This document shows positions 46,260 to 57,600 of a stretch of 64,000 nt of DNA, piece after piece. Source of the DNA: Salisapilia sapeloensis CBS 127946 (lineage: Eukaryota; Protista; Oomycota); assembly GCA_023334545.1 (NCBI GenBank), contig JAADVB010000085.1, positions 1 to 64,000 of the forward strand, in the 5' to 3' direction. Under the pieces are notes generated by a model. It made no database searches. It saw nothing but the letters and a program-made list of their open reading frames with translations, and was not told the origin of the DNA. The number at the start of each line of letters is the position of its first letter. The stretch's first letter is position 1. The position numbers and the translations under genes are program-made.

Positions 46260-47045
46260 TAAACTACAAACCTTATTAACGATCAGCAGCATGATCTCGT
46301 AGTGCGTTCCCCCCTTGTTCACCATGTCTTCAATGAAGTTGTACAAGAGCTCCATCAGCTCCTTGGCAAAGTATAATACCAACGCTTCTTCCTTTCATAG
46401 TCAAAGTCCAACTTGTAGATGAAAGCGTGCTTGGTGCGATACAATAAGCTGTTAAAAAAAAGGTAAAGCTATCGGTCAATGCGCCGTTAAGCAAGTTGTC
46501 TGCGTTAAAGGTTTCGTGGCGTATGGTCGAACAATCACACTCGCTCATATTAACAATTGTATCGAGACTAGCTTATGACTCCACATCTAGAAAGCCGAAA
46601 GTTATAGTGGTAGCGGATATTTTTAGTTTGGGAAGTCGAAGCTCGATTCTGTCAGACATAAAGCAAGCTCGTTGTTCAGCTCGATCGCCAAAGGCAGGTG
46701 ATTGTCTATATATAACGCCATGATGAAGTTCGTGTCAAGGACCAGCTCGTTCGCGATCAAACTATGATGTGTTCAAGCAGCAATGCCGCTGATACCCTTC
46801 AGGAATAGCTCATCAATCTTAGACAAGGTCGTGGAGTCCTAATTAAGGATAATAAAGTCGATGGCATCGACTCACTTGTCTTCATATTGAAAGAGTTCAG
46901 AAGAAGCTACTAAGCAAACCTCTAATCATGTTAATACTATCAACATGTTTGGCATCGCTAAGCCCACGGTCTTCATCATGGTATCTATCGGTTCTTTATC
47001 TTGGACCGAGACCAATTCAAGCGCTGCTGTCTCCGGGAACATGAT
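46260..47045 (-). pseudogene. Unidentified decayed coding sequence
   Basis: Codon-like frame (MFPETAALELVSVQDKEPIDT...LFFNSLLYRTKHAFIYKLDFDY...YFAKELMELLYNFIEDMVNK) rich in C/G-ending codons, with about 11 in-frame stops and about 2 frameshifts. Confidence 0.4.
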
Positions 47046-47199
47046 TCAATTAAGCATGTAGTAGATTTGGAGGGTAAAGTCACAGGCTAGTATGGTCTTC
47101 GGTCTACTTAATCCAAAATGAAGAAACATTCCGTTTATAAATTCTTGATATAGTGTACTGCAGATAAATTTAGTAAGAAACAAAGATCTCATTTGCATT

Positions 47200-48850
47200 T
47201 CGTTTTGCTTGGTTCATTACCTTTGTCTAATTTCCATGGAGCTGCTTCAATTTACTTGATGGAGATAGGAAGTGGATAGTAGTAGTACTTCAAAGTGGTA
47301 CTTCAAAGAAAGATGACATCCCTTCTTGTAGTTGAATATCTACTTCATATCTATCTCCAGTTTACGAATGCTACCTTGAAGGCGTTATAGCCTGTGCTTC
47401 CATAACCGTCTTCCACTTCTTCTCCTTCCGCATCAAAGCTGCATTCTCGGCCTGTAGTAGGATGGCACGCACGCAAGACCGCTTTACTTTTACTTGTCTG
47501 ATCCTACGATCATGTGACGATTTCGAAGTTCAAGGCTTCACCTATGCTACGAGCGGCAACGACTAGTCACCTATGCTTTAAGCATGTGCAAGGCCTACAT
47601 AAGAGAATTGTCTGCTTTCAATGCATATCTGCGAGAAAATAGACAAGTCTTTAAAAGTTTCTACATTGGAAGAGGGTGCTTTCTTCCATTTTCGCATGCA
47701 AAGTTTTCTAAAGTTGCTAAGAAGACATTATATCGATCTGTGAAGCCTTCTTTGGACCCTCAAACCGAGCTGCAGTGGTACGCGGGTACATCAATCAGGT
47801 TTCCTGAATGAATCTGATCAAACCAACAGATGCAAGCAAGTACTTCAACGCTTGCGCTGATTAGATGTCCTGGTTGCAGGAGTGAAAGAAGGATCAAGCT
47901 TTAGCTTGACTGTATCTGCCTCAGAAACGAATTTTTTTAACGTCGTACACAGCAGCGTTCTATTACTGTAAACTTTTACGCATCGTTGTCGAGAAGCATG
48001 ATTCGTAGACAACTACCCCTACTTGCTCGCCCTACCTTGTGATATTGATGCTGACGTGCGAATGCAGTTTGCTTGAAGAAGTACTGCATTTCTGAATGTC
48101 AAAAGGGATTCTGAGGGTCACAGAGTCGAAGTTGAAGTACGGAACCGCCAGGTCCGACATGCTTTGTACACTCTACGAACCGGCATCACATAAACTCGAT
48201 ACAAATCCCAGACGCTCGATCCTGTCAAGATTCGGGGGATACTTTTAGCTAGTCATCCGTGGCGTGTGTACGTACATGGTTTCAGCGTACTTCTTTTATC
48301 CTGGTAGAGCCCAGCAGGTATGGTGCAGGCACAAGAGTTCAGAAGTGGTTGAACTTTGAAACATCTGTCGGAAATCTTGCTCATGTCGTGGCTATGCGCG
48401 ACCAGGCAAGGAAACTGTCAGCGATAGGCACCTACTTTTGGAAGAAAGAGGAGACGAGAGCGTAGTTTCAGAAGAGCTATTGGCTGAAACCATAGCTTCT
48501 TCTCATTGCAATCGGATGAAACTGAAAAAAGATGTTCCGGTGCCGGTTCTTCAGTTCTGTGCTACCTTGCCCTTTACCCACAATCTTTCCTTCTTTCCGG
48601 AAATTTAGATACGTCTATACCTTACTTGGAATCCCATGTCTTTGCAAAGGCAATCATTCAAGCAGTTTGTCGAATGTACTTGCCACAGGCACCGCAGCAA
48701 GATTTCTTTTTGCTGCACGCAAGCCTGATCTCGACAAAAAAGTTAACGTCGATCGTGTCCACGTCCGACGTGGCTGCAGACACCCCAATCAGCCGTTGAG
48801 TCAGCTTCGTTGTAGAGAGCCGACTCGAGCTTTTTTGTCATCTAGCCTTC
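47200..48850 (-). pseudogene. Unidentified decayed coding sequence(s), co-oriented with the 46.3-47.0 kb relic
   Basis: Broken frames such as MSDLAVPYFNFDSV, EMQYFFKQTAFARQHQYHK, RLVYFLADM and EGEEVEDGYGSTGYNAFKVAFV, with many stops. Confidence 0.3.
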
Positions 48851-49297
48851 GGCATCTACTCGATCACAAGTACCTGAATTCCGCCGACGAACACGAGTAC
48901 AATCGTCGGGATACCGAATGAAACCCATGTCGCCACCCGTGTCCTCGTCTTACTTCTAAATTTAGCAACTTCAAAATTGCACTTCCTGTACCCGGTTGAA
49001 ACGAAGACACATGGTTGAACCACGGTGACGTGAATCGTCTCTGTATTCCAAGACATCGGCGGAAATCCTATGGTATCTCTATCGTCCCGCATTAACCTGC
49101 CGCATTGAAGTAGCTTCATGCCACATCTTCAACCAGGAGTAAGCGCCCGGTTGTGATTTGCCCATTTTAAGTTCGAACGCTTCTTGCACACTTGCCAGAC
49201 GACGTTCCTGTCGGCAAGCACCGGTTTCCGATAAACACGATACATACCACGCGTCTCCTTCGTGTGCACACCATTAACCTTTCCAATCGACAAAGCC

Positions 49298-50614
49298 ATG
49301 ACGTCGCTTGCTTCCAATGCGGCAGCGTTGCCACCACCGCCGCCATCTCTCCTCCGTTCGCCGCAGCTTTCCACATCCGCTGCCCCGAACAATGCGCCTC
49401 CGACACTCCCAAAGCTCCAGCTTCCGCTTAAACTCGATGCAAGCTCGCCTCTCCGCGCATCTTCGACGCACTTCTCTGCCTCGTTTCCGACTTCCACCTC
49501 GATGGTACAACAGGGGTACAGTAGCCAATCACCGTCTTCCCCGAACGGATTCTCGCAGCTCCTCCAGGCCGTCGAGTACGCGCAGTACCGTCAATCGGCA
49601 TCCCAAGTGCTTCCGACGGGCAAACGCAGTCGATCCGAGTCATATCCGCTACCATCACTCTACCGCGACTCGAGTTCCAGTGAGCGCTTGTTTAAGTATG
49701 CTCGAACGACGTTGCCTTCCATGAACATGATCAGTTCCTTGCCGCGCCAGTCCATGTCTCTCTCAGCACCGTTGGAATCCACTTCCTCTGCCGTCGCGCC
49801 ACTCCCGCGTCCGACTTCTCCGACGGAAACGTCCAGTGGATCGGTTTGGGAAACGGTTCTTCGAACGGGTGAGTTTCCGTCCGAGCTGTGCCTGTCCGAG
49901 AACAACAGTGGGCAGGACGACTCGTCAGAAGATCGCGACGGCAGCCCTCGCGACATGGTCCGTGGACGATGGACCTTCCAAGAAACGGAGCGAGCGCAGA
50001 CGCTCATTCACCAAGTCGAAAGCGGACTTGTGAAGCTTCCGGTTGGCATGTCTGCACGTCAGTACTTGGCCGACCACTTGAACTGTGATCCGATGCGCGT
50101 AACCAAGAAGTGGGGAAACCTCCAGTACCGACTCGGCGGTGCTGATGAAACGAACGATGCGCATCCGCACATGAGTATTCGTCATATTATGAATGAAAAC
50201 GGTGAGCCCCAGACATCCAAAGAAAAGAAGCCGGCTGTGCGAGCACTCAAGCGGTCAGACTACTCGCAACACCGAGTCGTCCGCAGCGGCAGATGGTCAA
50301 GCGAAGAAGAGACGTACGCGAAAGCGATGATCGAGGCCTTTAAGTCCGGATACCTTCCTCTCCACGGGAATGTCAGCCTTCGCAAATTTTTATCAGAAGT
50401 ATTAATTTGCCATCCCATGCGTATCAGTAAGAAATTCGTCGGGTATGTCCGAAAGTATCATTGGTACCGCATCGCCGCGCGCGAGTGTGACCCGTCCGCT
50501 CGGCGGGAGGCGCTAGAGCATTTGTGCCAGTTGGAGCGCAAGTTCTGGTCAAGTTTACAGCAGACGGGGGAGTTCCCGCCGGCCCCTCGATCGCCCAACG
50601 TCCTGTACAAGTGA
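49298..50614 (+). CDS. Putative transcription factor with two Myb/SANT-like 'GRW...LxCxPMRxxKK' repeats
   Basis: S/P-rich N-terminus. Repeat 1 RGRWTFQETERAQTLI..YLADHLNCDPMRVTKKW and repeat 2 RSGRWSSEEETYAKAMIEAFKSGYLPL..FLSEVLICHPMRISKKF. Confidence 0.65.
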   Translation: MTSLASNAAALPPPPPSLLRSPQLSTSAAPNNAPPTLPKLQLPLKLDASSPLRASSTHFSASFPTSTSMVQQGYSSQSPSSPNGFSQLLQAVEYAQYRQSASQVLPTGKRSRSESYPLPSLYRDSSSSERLFKYARTTLPSMNMISSLPRQSMSLSAPLESTSSAVAPLPRPTSPTETSSGSVWETVLRTGEFPSELCLSENNSGQDDSSEDRDGSPRDMVRGRWTFQETERAQTLIHQVESGLVKLPVGMSARQYLADHLNCDPMRVTKKWGNLQYRLGGADETNDAHPHMSIRHIMNENGEPQTSKEKKPAVRALKRSDYSQHRVVRSGRWSSEEETYAKAMIEAFKSGYLPLHGNVSLRKFLSEVLICHPMRISKKFVGYVRKYHWYRIAARECDPSARREALEHLCQLERKFWSSLQQTGEFPPAPRSPNVLYK

Positions 50615-50789
50615 GCTCATGGGTCGAGTGCCTTACATGTTGTGTATGGAGGTGAATAATAATGTAGTGTCTTTGCATCTTGGTATTTGTATGTGGTGCG
50701 TTTTTGCAATTTACAAAGGACCTGTGACGATTTGTAGAATCAGACACTCAGGTGCGAATTTGTAAAGCTTGTTCCTTGTGCGTCGGATA

Positions 50790-53786
50790 ATGCGGATGCA
50801 CCAGGTACATCGATCTCGATGGCGAAAGAGATTGGTGCTAGTGTCCGTTGCAGGTGGAGTGTCTGCATTAGGCTACTCTCACTGGCATGAACAGTTTGAT
50901 ACGAACTCTCAGGCATCGAGCATGCCGTTAATGCTTCGATCGACTCGTGTGATCGCGAATGGCATGCAGCGTCGATTGCCACAAGGAGAAAACTATGCAA
51001 GTAGAATGGTACAACAAATACAGGAGATGCCATGGGATGAGATCTATCAGAGACCTCGCGCGAAACTCACTGCTCTTGCAGCAGAACACATCACAGACAC
51101 GATCTACGATCAGCAGGAAGGTACTAGATGGACGGAGCTCTTACGATCCCTAGTCTATCAAGGTGCTATCGAGATTCTATTCCAGCACTTTGCATTGAAT
51201 CAACCGACGGACCGGTTGCAGCTACAGCGTCAAGTAGCCTGCTTGACGTGGTTGCTCGGCGTGACAAGTAAATGGGAGCCGGATGATGTCACTAGATCCC
51301 GCTCCTTGCATATTCCTTTAGCATCCGTAGGCTCTGCTTTATACCATCTAGATCAACAGAACACACTTGGTGCCTCTGACTGGTTAAGACTCGGTGACTT
51401 GCTCATGCGCCTACAAATTCGTACTGAAGAGGAGGATTCTCTAGCATTTACTACCTCCTCTCGATCGAGTCTTCCGTTTGAACTAGGTGCAGAAGGTTTC
51501 ACGCACTTGCTGTCTTCGTCCTTACCACCTTCTATTCAACAGTTTAGTCTCTGGGCCTTGTCCTACATGCTGCAAGGCGTCCTATCGTCTAAACATGGTC
51601 ACAGTCGCCACGTCTCTCCTTTCTTCGCTCCTGAAACAACAGCCAACGTCCTGAACCTTTCTCCATCTAACATGCGACTGCAGTTGAGAGCAGCAGAGTT
51701 GCTCGATCTGATCTTACAAGCCGTAGCTCAGAACGCAGCATCAGCTACATCCGATATGCTAGATCACTACTTGGACAAGATCCAAATATGGATGCAAAGC
51801 GATCGTTCTGACCTGCAGCTCGCTGCCGCTAAGTGTCTTCGAACGATGACAGAACACCCAGTCTGTCGCAAAGCTCTGTTCGACTCACCAGAGACCATGC
51901 AAGCACTCTTCCACTGCACCCGTAGCCTCCACGAACGTCAGCAGACACTAGCGAAAGAAATATTGCTATCCAAAGACCTCGATATTCAAGAGCAAGTTTC
52001 TCGTGTTTTTAGAAACTTGTGTTTATCGACCAAAGATGCAGACTATCTCATGGAAGCCTTTCGAGACGACGATGGTGAAGAAGCGACGGCCGTGTGGGAA
52101 TCGAAGCGGACGCTACCAATGTCCAAGGCACTACGTGGTGCTCAAGACGTGACAGATCTGCCTGTCATCGGTGCAGATGAATATAACGCCAGTACACAGT
52201 TCGGATGGGTCGACATCCTCACGTCTTGGACAGGTAGCGACCGACCCTGCATCAGGTCCGACGCGATCGACAGTCTCTACCATCTCGCAGCACCGCCCCT
52301 CTCCGATGTCGCTCAAGGTGACCACGTTACGTTAGATAATAGACAGTTACATATCTTGCAGGCTTGGCTCATGAGTATGCTCCAGCGTGTACGTAACGAG
52401 TCCGAGGGAGGTGAACTGCTTGCTGTCCAACAGCTCGAAGCTATTGCACAAGTCTCGGACGACTTCACACCAGGAAATGAGCGCATTCTCTTTAACCCAG
52501 CAGTTGTCGACGCCGGTGTTGATGCTCTCGCGACTCTGGCAGAGACACATCATGACCAGTTACTTCGGGAAGGAGCTGTTCCTCTCTTAGCACTACTAGG
52601 TATCTCAGCTCCACGTTCACCAGAGGATGGATATGACATTCGAACGCAATGTGCTCGTGTCCTGGCGAATTTGTCTGCTTCGAGCTGTCATCAAATAGAA
52701 CAAATATCGTATAAGAGACGAGAGGAGGATGAAAAGGATATTGAGGTGCAGCTACAGCAGACTGTTAGTGGACGACGCTTTTGGCATTTGATGCAGAGGT
52801 GGTGGGATCTAGATTTAGATCCGATCCGTCGATCCAACTACTTTCGAGCAGTACAGAATACAGAAGCGTATGTGGATGGAAAGAAGCGTGGACATGTCGT
52901 TAAAGACGTGTACCATGAAGGCGTCCATCCTATCTTGTCACCGACGATGATCGCTCGGAAGCAGGTCGAACAAGATGCAAGTGACGAAGAGCCATCGGCA
53001 GACTTGGATGTCGTCTTTGTCCATGGACTTCGAGGTGACCCGTTCGGTACGTGGCGTACAGATATGAACGAGCCGCTTTCATCTACTAACGACGTATGGC
53101 CGGATACACTATTATCGCCTGACTTGGTGGACAATCACGGTATTGAAACGAGGATCGTGACACTTGGATATGAAGCAAATCTAGTTAGTTGGTCCAGTCC
53201 ATGGCCAGCGTTGACACTACAGGAGAGAGCGGGTGTGATGTTAAATGCTTTATCTGCTGCCAACATCGGCAGTAGACCAGTCGTCTTCGTAGCCCACTCG
53301 ATGGGCGGTCTCCTGGTTAAGAAGATGCTACTACTGGCTGCTCAGAGTCAAGATAGAAACCTAACGTCTTTGATACACAACACACTCGGCACCGTTTTCT
53401 TAGCCGTCCCGCACTTTGGATCGGATCTCGGTGGCTACATGGGTGGCTCCGAATCCGTTCGATCGATGCTGCGAGCGCATCCGGCATTAGAAGATCTGTG
53501 TGCGCCACGTCACGACGGTCGTCTGGAGCAACTGAACGACTCATTTGCAGCACTGAATATTAGTTGCATTAACTTTGGTGAAGAGAAGGCATCTCCGTTG
53601 GGTTTTGGTATCTCCGCCATGGTTGTCAAGCCAGAATCCGCCGATCCAGGTATCGGCAGCTTCCGTACGATACCTGACTCGGACCACATGACTATATGTA
53701 AAGCCAAATCAGAGGATTCGCCGTTATATCAAGAAGTACGTAACTACATACTGAAATGTGTGGATAATGCACGCAGACAGCAATAG
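50790..53786 (+). CDS. SERAC1: SERAC1-like protein (ARM-like region + alpha/beta-hydrolase)
   Basis: DVVFVHGLRG, WPDTLL, RPVVFVAHSMGGLLVKKML (lipase-type nucleophile), TVFLAVPHFGS, ESADPG, DHMTICK. N-terminal basic and hydrophobic targeting-like segment. Confidence 0.85.
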   Translation: MRMHQVHRSRWRKRLVLVSVAGGVSALGYSHWHEQFDTNSQASSMPLMLRSTRVIANGMQRRLPQGENYASRMVQQIQEMPWDEIYQRPRAKLTALAAEHITDTIYDQQEGTRWTELLRSLVYQGAIEILFQHFALNQPTDRLQLQRQVACLTWLLGVTSKWEPDDVTRSRSLHIPLASVGSALYHLDQQNTLGASDWLRLGDLLMRLQIRTEEEDSLAFTTSSRSSLPFELGAEGFTHLLSSSLPPSIQQFSLWALSYMLQGVLSSKHGHSRHVSPFFAPETTANVLNLSPSNMRLQLRAAELLDLILQAVAQNAASATSDMLDHYLDKIQIWMQSDRSDLQLAAAKCLRTMTEHPVCRKALFDSPETMQALFHCTRSLHERQQTLAKEILLSKDLDIQEQVSRVFRNLCLSTKDADYLMEAFRDDDGEEATAVWESKRTLPMSKALRGAQDVTDLPVIGADEYNASTQFGWVDILTSWTGSDRPCIRSDAIDSLYHLAAPPLSDVAQGDHVTLDNRQLHILQAWLMSMLQRVRNESEGGELLAVQQLEAIAQVSDDFTPGNERILFNPAVVDAGVDALATLAETHHDQLLREGAVPLLALLGISAPRSPEDGYDIRTQCARVLANLSASSCHQIEQISYKRREEDEKDIEVQLQQTVSGRRFWHLMQRWWDLDLDPIRRSNYFRAVQNTEAYVDGKKRGHVVKDVYHEGVHPILSPTMIARKQVEQDASDEEPSADLDVVFVHGLRGDPFGTWRTDMNEPLSSTNDVWPDTLLSPDLVDNHGIETRIVTLGYEANLVSWSSPWPALTLQERAGVMLNALSAANIGSRPVVFVAHSMGGLLVKKMLLLAAQSQDRNLTSLIHNTLGTVFLAVPHFGSDLGGYMGGSESVRSMLRAHPALEDLCAPRHDGRLEQLNDSFAALNISCINFGEEKASPLGFGISAMVVKPESADPGIGSFRTIPDSDHMTICKAKSEDSPLYQEVRNYILKCVDNARRQQ

Positions 53787-53959
53787 ACGCAGTGGTAGTT
53801 TTGTCATCTTCCTATTAAGCTTCCACATAACTTCAATACTACCAACCAGTTTGTTTATTTTAATACAAGACAAATACTCTATATTTGTATAGTTGATGTA
53901 TGTAGTATTTTAGTGGAACTTGGCATACAGAATCATTGGCCGGTGGACACTTGGGCACG

Positions 53960-54556
53960 ATGACAGCGGATGCAGCAGTGGCGATGCCGCTCATGGGAAA
54001 GAAGATGAAGCAACAGCTTGGTGGACGTGCCAATGAGGCAGCTGCAGCGGCAGTGTCCGACTTTGCGAAACGTCAGATGGCCAAGATGGGCTGGACGGAT
54101 GGCAAAGGCCTTGGTAAGAATGAGCAAGGGATTAAATCCCACGTGCGTGTCAAGCAGCGTGAACAGAATGCTGGAGTGGGTGTGGAAAAAGTCGCTGTAG
54201 AGGAACAGTCCTCCCAGTGGTGGTATGGCGCGTACGACAAATTGGCTGGTAAAATCCAAATCGATGCGAGTGACGAGGAAGGCGAGACGAAGAAAAAGAA
54301 GGATAAAAAGAGTAAGAAGAAGCGCAAGCGAGAAGCAGAAAGCAGCTCAACCAAGTTCAGCATTCCAACAGATGAAGAGCTCTTTGCAGCGACAGGTGGA
54401 AAGCTCTATGGCCGACGTGCCTATGGCTCTTGCACTGGCAAGCTAAAGCGCGATGAGATGCACGTCGCCGGTGTTTTGATCAAAGAGAAGACGACAAAGG
54501 TCGAAGGTGACAAGAAGGAGAAGAAGAAGAAAGCCAAGAAAAGCAAGTCGGCATAA
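53960..54556 (+). CDS. G-patch domain protein, GPATCH4/PINX1-like (nucleolar)
   Basis: G-patch FAKRQMAKMGWTDGKGLGKNEQGI..NAGVG, WWYGAYD, DEELFAATGG and lysine-rich tails. Confidence 0.85.
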   Translation: MTADAAVAMPLMGKKMKQQLGGRANEAAAAAVSDFAKRQMAKMGWTDGKGLGKNEQGIKSHVRVKQREQNAGVGVEKVAVEEQSSQWWYGAYDKLAGKIQIDASDEEGETKKKKDKKSKKKRKREAESSSTKFSIPTDEELFAATGGKLYGRRAYGSCTGKLKRDEMHVAGVLIKEKTTKVEGDKKEKKKKAKKSKSA

Positions 54557-54639
54557 AGTTGTAGTTTACTTTTGAATATAGGTATGTTTTGTCCCATCAA
54601 CTTTCCAAATGTATTTATATATCATGCATCTATCCTTCC

Positions 54640-57600
54640 TCAGCGTTGGTTCTCCAATCGTTCAATGGCAAATCGAATCATATAGATCCAATTTTCCACC
54701 TCTGCCTCGCTCTCGACAGCCACATAGAACGCTCGTCGCTGGCTCATCAAAAACCGACCTTTAGTCCACTCCACCACCTCTACTTTGAAGCAGTGGTCCC
54801 GTCCTGCCAGCTCTGGGTCACAAGCTTCCACTCGTGCATGATGTAAGAATAGAGCTGTGCTTCTTCCTAGTTGAGACCCGCTCATTTCTTCCGTCTGCAG
54901 CAACAGCCTCGAGTCTTGTAGCACTGCGTATCGACGTTTCCACATCTTGGCATTCGCTAGTCCCTTGACATTAAGTTTCGCGAAGAAACTGCGGAACTTG
55001 CGGACGTTTACATGTCCAGACTTGAGTCGTTGGAACGTCGGTAACGTTCGTACAGGTGATCGTGACGTATGAGTTGCATTCAACGCCTCAGGAGACGACG
55101 TTCCACTACGGGACGAGTCAATCATCTGGATATCAACACGCAAAGCAATGTGCTTCTTGGCGTTCATCCGTTCACTAAAGAGCATTCGCAACTGCTTTTC
55201 ATGCTGCTCTCGCGCATCCGTCACGCGCGCCTGGAGCTTATCTACTTGACCACATAGCATCTGACCTCGCACAGCATCTTGCATGAACCCATGACCAAAC
55301 TCGAATTTACGTCGAAGGCCAGTAATCGCATGTGCCTCTCGCTTCACTGGTCGTATCATGCCGAGTCGCTCCAACTCTTCCAAGTCCTCTGAGAATTTGT
55401 TCGCATGCGCCTTGATCGGACACGCTTCACGCAGTATCTCGTCATCAAACACAGGTCCGATGACACTCGCTGTCTTCATCAGTATGCGTTGGGAAGCCGT
55501 CAAAGTGTCCAGCATACTCGCCAGTATGCTCTTCACAGCCGCAGGTGGATGCAACGCGACACAGTGCTTTAGGTCAGGTGAAGCGACTTGAGTGTGTGGT
55601 AAGAACAAGGACAGAACTCGATGCTTGTGCTTCCCGTCCTTACTCTTCGTCGGCGTGCTGCATCCAGTCGTGTGTTCCAAGCTAGGTTTCCGCGTCGCCG
55701 AGAGGGCGTAGCATCCACAGCAATGCCGCACTTCATGTGCCGATCCACCAGCAATCTTACGACGGCAAGCCTGCGGCGTACACGCTTCACAAAAGACATA
55801 TCCACAGCATTTACATCTTCTCTTCTCCTTCGTTTTCAAAGGAACGTGACAATGGAAACACGAGTGAGCTCGATGCTTATCTCCCCATGGCTCCTGCACT
55901 ATCAACTTACAAGTCTGTCGCTGTTCATCTACTTGGACGACTCCTTGGTTCCGCAAGTCGTTCACCACCTCCTTCAAGAACAAAGGACTGCCTTGACATC
56001 TAGATACAAGCAATTTCAAAAGATCAGCAGGGACACTCTGTACATCCAAGAGTTCTCGTGCTAGATCTTCCACTTCAGCTGAACATAAGGCTTCGAGATA
56101 GACGTGCTCACTCGCATGCAACTGCCGCAGTGCACGTAGTCTCTTGCCGAATGAACTAGACTCTGTATGTTCATTCAACGCTCGAGCTGGTGGACGTGTT
56201 CCGAGGACCACGAGGCAATTGGTAAAGTACCTCGCGACGATCGTTGCGACTGTCCAGGATGCAGCATCCAAGTGCATCGCGTTATCCAGACAAAAGATAG
56301 TCACTCGTTCCCGAGACATGGCATGCAGAGCACACAGGAAGAGGACACCTCGGAGGTCTAGATCGTCTGGTGTCCAGTCCAAGTCGTCCTGGTTCTCATC
56401 CGAGACAGACCTCTCTCTCCTCCCTCGTTCCAAGTCCGCTTCCAACAACTCCATAAACCACGAAGCTAGCTCTCCTTCTGCTTGACTAGTATCCCTCTGG
56501 TTACCAGAACTCGACTCTCCTGTCGTGTCCTCCATGTCGCTTCCAAAGATAGGAGACAGGACATGCGCGTACTGGATGAGCGTCGTATTCGGAGCAGACC
56601 CACTGATGATCTGTCTCTTCATGAAATTCGCGACACGTGCTTTCCGCTGAGCTTCCGTTTCTTCCTTGAGCTTCCTTGGAGACCTCTTATTGGGAACCTC
56701 GCTCTCTTCCGTTGCTGCTTGTGCCACAAGTTCAGCCCAGACAGCGTACGGCTGTCGAGTGGAGAACGCACTCGCTGTAGCTTGGAAGACACGATACCCT
56801 CCTGCCTCTGGACTCGCCAGGGTCGATCGCAACAGGACGCTCTTGCCAATACCTGCTCCGCCCTCTAGCACAAAGGCTCCTCCAGGACTATACCGATTGA
56901 TCCGAGAGCTCTTATCAAGTAGAGCTCGCCGGACGTTGAGGAAACTATCGCTCATGATAATAGCGTCCGCATCTAACGACGTCTGCTGCTGCGTACGACG
57001 ACTGAGCTTAGTTTGAGCTTCGCGCACTTGGATGCAGTGCATGGCTTCCAATAAATTACTGATCTGCTTCGGCTTGCTTTGGGATGCTGGAAGTGCTACG
57101 GCAACGCTCCTATCTCGTACGTTCGTCTTGGACGCAACGAGGTAGTCGACGAGGATGGACATACGAGGGTATGGTCGATGGATGTTAACGCTGTCGTTCT
57201 TGCCTTTCACCATGATCTGCGGACGTGACTCGAAGAGAAGTGCGTGAGACGACCGACGCTCGGTCGTTTCGTCTGTGATCACACCGCCATTCTCCGTCTT
57301 GGCCTTTTGCATCAAACGAGCACTTAGATTGACAATGTTGCCTAGGATCGTGTACTCTCGTCTGTTGCCTTGGTGTCCGACGATCCCACAGAACGCAACA
57401 CCAGTTGTGACACCAACTGACGCTCGGAGTTGGAGTGGCGCTAATGCGGCTCGGATAGCGAGACTTGCCAAGATGCCACGTACAGGATCATCTTCGTGTG
57501 CGACTGGTGGTAATCCAAAGGCAGCGATGACCGTGCTGCCTTTATCGTCCACTAGGAACTTATTTATCGTGCCTTCATACTCATATACGCACGCTTGGAC

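Noticed and set aside
46260-48850. Idea that in-frame stops reflect a reassigned genetic code in the host
   Set aside because: Intact host genes end in TAA, TAG and TGA with no internal stops. The relics also contain frameshifts, and the stop density is near random expectation.
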